Assembly (NCBI GenBank): GCA_963674755.2
Contig: CAXXVS010000003.1
Coordinates: forward strand, 1,184,001-1,248,000
Direction: 5' to 3'
Source of the DNA: Desulfobacterales bacterium
Lineage (GTDB): Bacteria; Desulfobacterota; Desulfobacteria; Desulfobacterales; UBA5852
DNA: 64,000 bases
The translations under genes and the position numbers were made by a program. Positions 30,092-38,522 of this stretch are shown here, in pieces; position 1 is the stretch's first letter, and each line of letters begins with the position of its first letter. Below the pieces are notes generated by a model that saw only the letters and a list, made by a program, of their open reading frames with translations, had not been told where the DNA came from and searched no databases.

Positions 30092-31483
30092 TCAAACGTC
30101 GTGCGCGTCGATGACCTTATTGAGATCGATTCCGTACTTGCGCATGCGGTTCCACACCGTGACCCGGTTGATTCCCAGGAGCTCCGCCGCCCGGGTCTGA
30201 TTACCGCCGGTTCGGCGCAGGGCCTCGATCAGCGCCTGCCGCTCCCTGGCATCGCCCACGGGTGCCTTGCGGGCAGCGGACGCCCGCGGTACCTCGGACA
30301 GGGCGGGCGGCAGGTGGTCGACGCCGATCTGGCCGCTGTCGGCAATCACGAAGGCGTATTCCAGGGCACTTTTCAACTCCCGGATATTGCCCGGCCAGTC
30401 GTGGGCCATGACGGCCTGCAGCGCCCCGGGGGTGAGTCCCTTGATGGCCTTGCCGGTGCGCACCTGCAGCCGCTGGACGAAACTGTTGACCAGTAGCGGA
30501 ATGTCCTCCCGGCGCTCCCGCAGCGGCGGAATGCGAATGGGAATGACATTGATGCGGAAATAGAGATCTTCGCGAAACTGCTGCTGTTCGATCAGGGCCA
30601 GCAGATTCCGATGGGTGGCCGATATGATGCGCACATCCACATCGACGGAACGGTGGTCGCCCACCCGCTCGATCTGTTTGTTTTCCAGCACCCGCAGGAG
30701 CTTGACCTGGACCGAAAGGGGAATATCCCCGATTTCGTCCAGAAAGATGGAGCCCCCGTCGGCCGCTTCGAAGCGTCCTTTGCGGTGGCGGTAGGCCCCG
30801 GTGAAAGCGCCTTTGATGTGGCCGAAAAGCTCGCTTTCCAGCAGGGCGGCGTTGAGGGCGGCACAATTGAGCTGCACATAGGGTCCGGTCTTGCGGTGGC
30901 TCCGTTCGTGGATGGCCCGGGCCACCAGCTCCTTGCCGGTGCCGCTTTCCCCGAAGATGATGACCGGCGCACTGCTCAGGGCCGCCTTCTCCACCACCTG
31001 GAAGACCTTGCGGATGGCCGGAGACGTTCCGATGATGCCATGATAATCGCTAAAGTCGTTCAGCTGGCGGGAGAGCAGCTCCACCTGCTGGTCCAGCCGG
31101 TCGATTTCGCTGAGATCGGTAATCGTCTCCACCGCCCCCAGCACGTTGCCTTCGTCATCCCGCAGGACCGAGGCATTCTTGAGGGCCGGCAGGCAGGTGC
31201 CGTCCTTGCGGACGATGCCGCAACGGCAGCGGCGCATATCGGGATGATGGGGCTCGAAGAGTTTGCACCACTGCCCCAACGGATTGTTCAAAGCCTGTTC
31301 GCAGGCATCGCACCCTAGAAAGGTGCAGACCCGGCCGATGGCTTCCTCGGCGCTGTAGCCGGTCAGCCGCTCGAAGGATTTGTTGACCATCAGGATGGTT
31401 CCCTCGGCGCTGATCAGCATCAGACCGTCGTTCATGGTGTTGATGATCCGTTTCCAGTGCCGGCTGATGTCCCCGGTTTCCAT
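30092..31483 (-). CDS. PAS-domain sigma-54 enhancer-binding protein with Cys-rich sensor
   Basis: PAS with CTFLGCDAC...WC...CRC...[22 protein letters not shown], Fis-type HTH; divergent from the cytochrome operon. Confidence 0.93.
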   Translation of the reverse strand: METGDISRHWKRIINTMNDGLMLISAEGTILMVNKSFERLTGYSAEEAIGRVCTFLGCDACEQALNNPLGQWCKLFEPHHPDMRRCRCGIVRKDGTCLPALKNASVLRDDEGNVLGAVETITDLSEIDRLDQQVELLSRQLNDFSDYHGIIGTSPAIRKVFQVVEKAALSSAPVIIFGESGTGKELVARAIHERSHRKTGPYVQLNCAALNAALLESELFGHIKGAFTGAYRHRKGRFEAADGGSIFLDEIGDIPLSVQVKLLRVLENKQIERVGDHRSVDVDVRIISATHRNLLALIEQQQFREDLYFRINVIPIRIPPLRERREDIPLLVNSFVQRLQVRTGKAIKGLTPGALQAVMAHDWPGNIRELKSALEYAFVIADSGQIGVDHLPPALSEVPRASAARKAPVGDARERQALIEALRRTGGNQTRAAELLGINRVTVWNRMRKYGIDLNKVIDAHDV

Positions 31484-31534
31484 TTTCCTCCTCGCGATGC
31501 GGAAGCCTCAAATTGTAAAATCAAATCCTGCAAT

Positions 31535-31564
31535 TGTTTAATCACGTTTAAACACCTGTTTAAA
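31535..31564. promoter_or_regulatory. Probable upstream activator site (TGTTTAA half-sites)
   Basis: TGTTTAA-TCACGT-TTAAACA palindrome (31535-31554) followed by a third half-site TGTTTAAA (31557-31564). Confidence 0.65.
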
Positions 31565-31660
31565 TAGCATGACCGGCCAACCCTGACAACCGCTGGTCTT
31601 AAACCGTATTATTACAATTATTTTAATCAGTTGTATTGATTCCCAATTTTAAGGGGACAC

Positions 31661-31676
31661 CGGTATGCTTATTGCT
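31661..31676 (+). promoter_or_regulatory. Sigma-54 promoter of the cytochrome operon
   Basis: CGGTAT-GCTTA-TTGCT (GG 31662-63, 10 nt, GC 31674-75), just upstream of the ATG at 31703. Confidence 0.7.
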
Positions 31677-31702
31677 CTACCCGTTAACAGGGATAAACAA
31701 CC

Positions 31703-31951
31703 ATGGACGTCAATCTGCCGGATATCGCCGGACCGATCGGTATGCTGAAATGCCTGGCCGCACTCAGGAAGCTGCCGGCCGGTGACGCGGTGGCCTTTAC
31801 CGTGCGGGATGCGGATACGTATCACACCCTGGTAAAAATCTTCAGCCAGGATGCGCGCTGCCGCATGACCACGGAAGAAACCGCGCAAGGCCACTATATG
31901 GTTGTCCGTAAACTTAAGGAAGGAAAGATGACGACGGGAGGTACGCTATGA
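31703..31951 (+). CDS. TusA/SirA-like small protein lacking the canonical CPxP
   Basis: 82 aa; pattern NL....GPIGMLK...L..L..GD.V...V.D fits the TusA fold; ATGA overlap with next gene. Confidence 0.65.
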   Translation: MDVNLPDIAGPIGMLKCLAALRKLPAGDAVAFTVRDADTYHTLVKIFSQDARCRMTTEETAQGHYMVVRKLKEGKMTTGGTL

Positions 31952-32868
31952 ATCTGAGCCGAAGAGGTTTTTTCAAAGTCGTGGGCGCCACCGGAACCGG
32001 CATGGCCGCCTCGCGTGCGCCGGCCGCGGCCTGGCAGTCCCGGGCCCCGGCCGATGCCTTCGGCTGTCTCGTGGATCTGACCCGCTGCATCGGCTGCCGC
32101 AAATGCGAACAGGCCTGCCAGACGGTCAACAGCCTGCCGGAGCCCGAACAGTCCTTCGACGACCTGACGGTCCTGGACCGCAAGCGCCGTCCGGACGACA
32201 AGAGCTTTACGGTGGTCAACCGCTACTATTCCGGCAAGATCGACGAACGCGACCAGCTCGTCCCCACCTTCGTCAAAATCCAGTGCATGCACTGCCAGGA
32301 TCCGGCCTGTGCCTCGGCCTGCATCGTGGGGGCCCTCACCAAAAAAGAAAACGGCGCCGTCCACTACGACGCCGGCAAATGCATCGGCTGTCGCTATTGC
32401 ATGGTGGCCTGCCCCTTCGAGATCCCGGCCTACGAGTACCACAACCCCATCACGCCTCGGGTAATGAAGTGCACCTTCTGCTACGAGCGGGTCGCCGAGG
32501 AAGGCAAGCTGCCCGGCTGCGCCCAGATCTGCCCGGTGGAGGCTATCACCTTCGGCAAGCGGGCCGACCTGCTCAAACTGGGCCGCCAGCGCATCAAAGA
32601 CAATCCAGGGCGCTACATCGATCACATCTACGGCGAAAACGAGGTCGGCGGCACGAGCTGGATGTACATCTCCGACCGGCCTTTTAAGGAGCTCGGGTTT
32701 ATCGATGTGCCGGAAAAGCCTTTGCCGCAGCTGGCGGAAACCATCCAGCACTCCCTGTTCAGTTATCTCTGGTCCCCCATCGTCCTGTTCGCCATGCTGG
32801 GCGGCGTCATGTGGGGCTTCCGGGATAAAGGCGACCGTCATGACGAGAACCAAGGAGGGAACCCATGA
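31948..32868 (+). CDS. Tat-exported 4x[4Fe-4S] protein (HybA/NrfC/HmcB-like)
   Basis: SRRGFFK Tat motif; [41 protein letters not shown]...PGCAQICP; C-terminal TM. Confidence 0.92.
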   Translation: MNLSRRGFFKVVGATGTGMAASRAPAAAWQSRAPADAFGCLVDLTRCIGCRKCEQACQTVNSLPEPEQSFDDLTVLDRKRRPDDKSFTVVNRYYSGKIDERDQLVPTFVKIQCMHCQDPACASACIVGALTKKENGAVHYDAGKCIGCRYCMVACPFEIPAYEYHNPITPRVMKCTFCYERVAEEGKLPGCAQICPVEAITFGKRADLLKLGRQRIKDNPGRYIDHIYGENEVGGTSWMYISDRPFKELGFIDVPEKPLPQLAETIQHSLFSYLWSPIVLFAMLGGVMWGFRDKGDRHDENQGGNP

Positions 32869-34070
32869 GCCATTCCCCAAGCCCGATGCGGACCAAGTTC
32901 TGGACGCCCGGGGTCGTTACCCTGGCCTTTCTGATGGCCGCCGGGGCCGCGGCCATCGTGGCCCGCTACACCGGTGGCATCGGTTATGTCACCAACCTGA
33001 CCAATGCCCGGCCCTGGGGCCTGTGGATCGGGGTCGACGTGGCTTCGGGGGTGGCCCTGGCCGCCGGCGGTTTCACCACGGCCTTCCTGGCCCACATCGT
33101 AAGCCGCCACTATTACGAACCGGTGGTGCGCCCGGCCCTGCTGACTGCCATGCTGGGCTACACCTTCGTCGTGCTGGGGCTGCTGGTGGACATCGGCCGC
33201 TCCTGGGCCATCTGGAAACCCCTGGTCTACTGGAATCCCAATTCGGTGCTCTTCGAGGTGGCCATGTGCGTCATGTTCTACCTCAACGTGCTCTACCTTG
33301 AATTCGTGCCCATCGTGGTGGCGCAGTACAAGGGACGGGTCAACCTGCCGGGGCCGCTGGCCGCCCTCAATGCGCCGCTGGAAGGCCTCCTCAAGGTGCT
33401 CGATGTGATCACCGGTAAGCTGATGTGGGCCTTCATTATCGCCGGAGTGGTGCTCTCCTGCATGCACCAGTCCAGCCTGGGCTCCCTCATGCTGATCGCC
33501 CCCACCAAGCTGCACCCCCTCTGGTATACGCCCATCCTGCCGCTGCTCTTTCTCACATCCGCCATTGCGGTGGGCTACCCCATGGTGGTCTTCGAAACCA
33601 CCCTGGTCACCTCATCCCTTAAGCTGGACCCGGAGATGCACATTCTCTCCCCCCTGATCCGCTTTACCGTCTTCCTGCTGGGGCTCTACCTGGCCCTGAA
33701 GATTGGCGACATGGGGGTGCGCGGCACCTACGTCTACCTGCTGGACGGCACGGCCCAGACCAACAGTTTCCTGGTGGAGCTCGTCTGCGGCGTGATCGTG
33801 CCCTGGGTCATGCTCCTGCTGCCCAAGGTGCGCCAGTCCCGCCGGGGCCTTTTCATCGCCTGCACCCTGATCGTGGGGGGTGTCCTCCTGAACCGCGTCA
33901 ATGTCTTCGTGGTGGGCTACCGTCCGCCCATCAGCGAGGCCAACTACGCCCCGGCTCTGCCGGAAATCATGATCACCGTCGGCCTCATCGCAGGCCTGAT
34001 GTTCCTCTATCGTTTTCTTGTGACCTATCTGCCGGTGTTGAACCGACCGGAACAGGAGGTGTCGGCATGA
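32865..34070 (+). CDS. NrfD/HybB/HmcC-family integral membrane quinol-interacting subunit
   Basis: [46 protein letters not shown]; about 10 TM; ATGA overlaps at both ends. Confidence 0.92.
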   Translation: MSHSPSPMRTKFWTPGVVTLAFLMAAGAAAIVARYTGGIGYVTNLTNARPWGLWIGVDVASGVALAAGGFTTAFLAHIVSRHYYEPVVRPALLTAMLGYTFVVLGLLVDIGRSWAIWKPLVYWNPNSVLFEVAMCVMFYLNVLYLEFVPIVVAQYKGRVNLPGPLAALNAPLEGLLKVLDVITGKLMWAFIIAGVVLSCMHQSSLGSLMLIAPTKLHPLWYTPILPLLFLTSAIAVGYPMVVFETTLVTSSLKLDPEMHILSPLIRFTVFLLGLYLALKIGDMGVRGTYVYLLDGTAQTNSFLVELVCGVIVPWVMLLLPKVRQSRRGLFIACTLIVGGVLLNRVNVFVVGYRPPISEANYAPALPEIMITVGLIAGLMFLYRFLVTYLPVLNRPEQEVSA

Positions 34071-36184
34071 TCAACAAGTCATCTATCATTTTAGGGGTAA
34101 TACTCCTGGCGGGAATCAGCGGCGGACTGGTCGCACTCCCCCCGGTAGGCCCGGGAAGCGATGCGGTCTATGCCGCCGCAGCCCCGGAAACCGCCGCCAA
34201 GGAGACCCCGGCTGCCAAATGGTCGGCGCCGGACCAGGTGGCCGCCCTGGAACGGGCCCGGGAGACCCTGCCCTTCGTGGAAGCCGTCAAGGATGAGTGC
34301 AAGCTCTGCCGCCAGATGCGGCTGCGGGAGATGGGGCTTGGCACCAAGGACATCACCCACAACTACGTCGTCCTCAACAGCCCCATCATCAACACGGAGG
34401 AAGATCATTACGGACCGGTGCGCTTCATGCACGGCAAACACGCCTCCCAGATCCAGGACTGCGCGGTCTGCCACCACTACCGACCCCTGGCGGAAGACGC
34501 CAGCGAAACCACCCGCTGCTCGGCCTGCCACCAGGAAGCGTTTCGCCAGGACCATCCGGAGCGCATCGGGTTGAAGGCCGCCTATCACCAGCAGTGCATG
34601 GAATGCCATCGGGAGATGAACCAGGGCCCGGTGGACTGTATTGGCTGCCACGACAAGAACGCCCCCGACCACAAGGACAAAATCCAGTTGACCGCCGACG
34701 CGACCCCTTTCCAGGTGACCGCTGAGTGTCTGCGCTGCCACAAGGAGGCCGGCCAGGACATGCTGCAAACCGCCCACTGGAAGCTCAAGGGGCCGTCGCC
34801 TTATACTCTGGGCCACAGAAAGGAGGTCGAAATCGGGAAAAGCACCATTGCCACGAACAACTTCTGAATGAGCATCGCCAGCAACGAGGCTCGTTGCACC
34901 AGTTGTCACGTCGGCTATGGATGGAAAGATGCTTCTTTTGACCTCACGGATATGAGCAAGATCGATTGCCTGGTGTGTCACGACACCACCGGCACCTATA
35001 AAAAAGTCCCCACCGGCGCCGGTATGCCCGATCCGGAAGTGGATCTGGTGGCGGTGGCCAAAGCGGTGGGACCCACTTCCCGCAAAACCTGCGGAACCTG
35101 CCACTTCAACGGCGGCGGCGGCGAAGCGGTCAAACATGCCGATCTCTCCCGCCAGTTGTTGACGCCGGACCGCAATTGCGATGTGCATATGGGCGGCTAT
35201 GATTTCCAATGCACCGAGTGCCATCGCACCCGCAACCATAAAATCGCCGGACGCAGTTCTTCGGTTGCGGTGGTTGAAAGCAGTTTTTCCTGCGAAAACT
35301 GCCATACGGCCAATCCCCACCGGGGGGACGGTCTGCTGGACCATCATTTGAACAAGCACAGCCAAACCATCGCCTGCAACACCTGTCATTCCCCGGTCTA
35401 CGCCAAATGCAAGCCCACCAAGGTGTTCTGGGACTGGTCCAAGGCCGGAGACGTGGACCGCAAGCCCCAGAAGGACAAATACGGCATGCCGGACTATAAC
35501 TGGAAAAAAGGGGAATTCCGCTGGCAGGAATCCGCCAAACCCGTCTATGCCTGGGACAGCGGCTTCACCCAGCGCGTGCTGATCGGTGACAAGACGGATT
35601 GGCGAAAAGGGCCGATCAACATCTCCGAACCGGTCGGATCCATCAAGGACCCCAACTCCAAGATCGCGCCTTTCAAGATCATGAAGGGCATCCAGGCCGT
35701 GGACGCCGAATACGACTACCTGCTCGTGCCCCATCTGTTCCCACGGAACAAGGAGGACAAGACCGCCTACTGGAAGAACCGTGACTGGCAGAAATCTTTC
35801 GCGGACGGGATGAAGGCCGCCGGCTTGAAGTACAGCGGCACGTACGAATGGGCCACCTCCCAGATGTATTGGCGGGTGGAGCACGAAGTCATGCCGGCCG
35901 ACATGGCCCTCTCCTGTGTTCAGTGCCATGCCAGTCTGCAGTCCGAGGAGCGCACCTGCGACCGCTGCCACCAGGACAACCGCGCGGTGAATTTCAAAAA
36001 AATCGCCCACAAGGGAACCGACTTCAGCTACATGGCCTCCAAGGGGCGCGATGTGAGCCACCTCATCGGCACCACGGACTATATTGACTTCAAGGCCCTG
36101 GGCTACAAGGGCGACCCCATCATCTATGGCGGCCGCTTCAAGAAGCTGCCCATGGGGTACAAGGCCGAAGCGGAAAGAGAGTAG
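34067..36184 (+). CDS. Probable selenocysteine-containing 13-heme cytochrome c (cytochrome c3 domain fused to OTR-family octaheme domain); TGA 34865-34867 read as Sec267
   Basis: ORFs 34067-34867 and 34868-36184 are contiguous and in frame, reading GKSTIATNNF*MSIASNEARCTSCH where the OTR family has NNFC; 13 CxxCH in total; only the first part has an export signal and RBS. Confidence 0.85.
34865..34897 (+). promoter_or_regulatory. Bacterial SECIS-like hairpin after in-frame UGA
   Basis: Stem GCAACGA (34881-87) / TCGTTGC (34891-97), loop GGC starting with G, 20 nt after the UGA. Confidence 0.75.
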
Positions 36185-36248
36185 CCGGTCTCCGGTTTGG
36201 ATTTTCACCACCATCAAAAAGCTGCCGGGGACCTATGTTATAGATTTA

Positions 36249-36446
36249 TTAGATTAGTGATATCTTGTTCCCAATTTGTCGGGTTTTTGGAGATGTATCC
36301 CTAATGGCATTTAATGACCGTTCGTTCCGAATGATATGATCGTGGAATGATCGTTGCCAAAGAGGTTTGTTGAAGGGCGGCCAGCCGTTGTTTTTCACAT
36401 TTCTGATGTAATCATTGGTAGACATTGTTTTAAACCATTGAATCAT
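36249..36446 (-). pseudogene. REP-associated tyrosine transposase (RAYT/Y1) C-terminal fragment, frameshifted
   Basis: IQWFKTMSTN...LWQRSFHDHIIRNE..LNAIR, then YISKNPTNW continues in another frame; AT-richer than flanks. Confidence 0.8.
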
Positions 36447-36456
36447 GCCAGATACT

Positions 36457-36482
36457 GTAGGGGCGGACCGATGTGTCCGCCC
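36457..36482 (+). repeat. GTAG-type REP element
   Basis: GTAG followed by GGGCGGAC-CGATGT-GTCCGCCC (perfect 8-bp stem), adjacent to the RAYT fragment. Confidence 0.8.
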
Positions 36483-36489
36483 ATTAAAA

Positions 36490-36790
36490 CTAAACCCTTA
36501 AGAGCGGGAAAGTCACATCCGACTTGATGCCAAACAGGCGGCAGGATTCCCGGTCGCGGACAGCCTCCGGCGGCAGCTCCTCCAGCGAAGAGAAGCAAAC
36601 GATCCGACCGGACTGCATTTTTTGTAGGCACCGGGGAAAATGCTCTTGGTTCATATCGGAAGGTTGCAGACCGCCCGGAGCACTGTAAATGTGGGGAGGC
36701 GTCAATAAACCCGTGACCTCATCCGAGAACTGCCAGAGCGCCGCCAGATCCAACCCGAGGTATTCATAGACGCGGCGCCGGGCAGTGATG
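36490..36790 (-). pseudogene. Isolated GAF-domain fragment, paralogous to the N-terminus of the activator at 43945-45504
   Basis: ITARRRVYEYLGLDLAALWQ...ELPPEAVRDRESCRLFGIKS aligns by eye with IEAAQRRVCERLHIDRSTLFQ...DLPAEADRDRQSFIHYGTQS. Confidence 0.7.
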
Positions 36791-36794
36791 AAGC

Positions 36795-38441
36795 TTACCA
36801 GTCAGGCCATTGCCAATCCCGGCGATCCTTCTCGTCAGCAGGCGACTCCAGCCCCTGAGGATCCAGCAGGTCGCCCCAGTTGGTACGCTCGATCATTTGG
36901 TTGCGGTTTGCGGCCGAAAGCGGGTCTTCGCCCTCCCTGATTTGCCAGCCTCCCCCCAGGGCCTTGTAGGTGGCCACCAGATTTGTGCTCACCTGGCCGC
37001 TCACGTCGGTCAAAAGATCTTCCTGGGTGACCAGGAACCGCAGGGAGTCCAATACGCGCTGGTAGTCAGCGACCCCTTCGCGATATTGCACCAGCGATAA
37101 TTCCACCGATCGGCGGGCGGCCGCGACGCTGTCTTTCAGGAACCACTCTTCTTCCTTGGACCGCGTATACGCTACCAGTGCATCCTCGACTTCCCGTTGG
37201 GCGTTCAGCACCGTATTGCGGTAATTGACCACAAGCGCCTGAAGGCGCGCATCCTCGACCCGCACACGGTTGCGGATGCGCCCGTAATTCAGAATATCCC
37301 AGCTGAAACCGGGACCGGCGGTCCAGAACATACTGTTATGGTCGAACAAATCTCCCAGATCACGGTCGCCGGAGGCGGAACTGGCATCGGTCGAGCTCCA
37401 TCCAATGCTTCCGGCCAGGTAAAAATGCGGATACAGGTCGGCCTTGGCGATCCCGATCTGAGGGCTCTGGGCGGCGATGCGCAGCTCGTTGAGCCGAATG
37501 TCGGGTCGACGTCGGAGAAGATTGTTGGGGATGTCGATAACGACGGCCTCCGCGGCTACCGGAATCTTTGCCGGCCCATCCAACACGTCCTTCAGTTCCC
37601 CCGGCAGCACCCCCAGCAGGATGGCCATAGCGTTGCGGGCTTGGCGCAGGCCGATCTCCAAGCGGGGAATCGAGGCCTGGGTGTTGCGCAGCAACGTCCT
37701 GGCCTGGGTCACATCCAACTCCGAAACGGCGCCCTCCTTGAATCGGACTTTGGCAATCTGCAGTGATTGCTCCTGCGCCTTCACGTTCTGGCCGGCGATC
37801 ACCAGGCGTTTCTGCAAGGTGCGGATGACGATGTAGGTGCGCGCAACTTCCGCCGTCAGCGAGACGAGCAGGTCGTCATAGCTGGCGACCGTGGCCTCCA
37901 GGTTGGCGGTGCCGGATTGCACCGAACGGCGGAACTTGCCCCAGACGTCCAACTCCCAGGCCGCATCGAACCCCAGGCTAAGGGCATTGAAATGATCGTC
38001 GTAAATAGGGCTGTCGCCACCGGTGCTGAGTTTGTTGTTGGTGAGATCTCCGCCGGCCGACTGCTGCTGTGGGTACAGGGTGCCAATCGCAATCCCCAGC
38101 TGGGCGCGCGCTTCATAAATGCGGATGCCCGCGATCTGCAAGGAAAGATTCTGCCGATAGGCCTTTTCAATCAGGGTGTCGAGCACGGGATCGTCAAACA
38201 CCCGCCACCAGTCGCCATAGTCGGCCTTACCGACCCTCAGGCCGGGCGCCCGGGCCTCCGCCCAGTCTTTCAGCAGCGGCGCCTCCGGTTTGACAAAATC
38301 CGGTCCGACCATGGTGCAGCCGCTCATGATCAACACCATGGCAACTCCCGCCAGCCACAAAGACATCGTTGGTTGGGGCCGTCTCGCCAAGCGCCCTGTC
38401 CGGTCTTGATCGGTTAGCGCATCGCCTGTGCCTGTATCCAT
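36795..38441 (-). CDS. RND efflux outer membrane lipoprotein (NodT/OprM family)
   Basis: Lipobox MSGC-TMVGPDF, WW..F.DP.L, WELDVWG, LLRRRPDI, YKALGGGW. Confidence 0.93.
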   Translation of the reverse strand: MDTGTGDALTDQDRTGRLARRPQPTMSLWLAGVAMVLIMSGCTMVGPDFVKPEAPLLKDWAEARAPGLRVGKADYGDWWRVFDDPVLDTLIEKAYRQNLSLQIAGIRIYEARAQLGIAIGTLYPQQQSAGGDLTNNKLSTGGDSPIYDDHFNALSLGFDAAWELDVWGKFRRSVQSGTANLEATVASYDDLLVSLTAEVARTYIVIRTLQKRLVIAGQNVKAQEQSLQIAKVRFKEGAVSELDVTQARTLLRNTQASIPRLEIGLRQARNAMAILLGVLPGELKDVLDGPAKIPVAAEAVVIDIPNNLLRRRPDIRLNELRIAAQSPQIGIAKADLYPHFYLAGSIGWSSTDASSASGDRDLGDLFDHNSMFWTAGPGFSWDILNYGRIRNRVRVEDARLQALVVNYRNTVLNAQREVEDALVAYTRSKEEEWFLKDSVAAARRSVELSLVQYREGVADYQRVLDSLRFLVTQEDLLTDVSGQVSTNLVATYKALGGGWQIREGEDPLSAANRNQMIERTNWGDLLDPQGLESPADEKDRRDWQWPDW

Positions 38442-38522
38442 AGTGCGTTCCCCTTTATAACCTGCCGATCCTGAATGGTGTCCGCATCTCGTGGCGTCCT
38501 TCTCGTGCGGTTGTGTCGGGGG

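Noticed and set aside
34868..36184. Treating the 438-aa ORF as an independent gene starting at the ATG after TGA
   Set aside because: No RBS or export signal, it lacks the first OTR heme motif, and the junction falls on a conserved Cys with a SECIS-like hairpin.
34091..36217. 708-aa minus-strand ORF spanning the cytochrome
   Set aside because: Antisense shadow with no recognisable domain.
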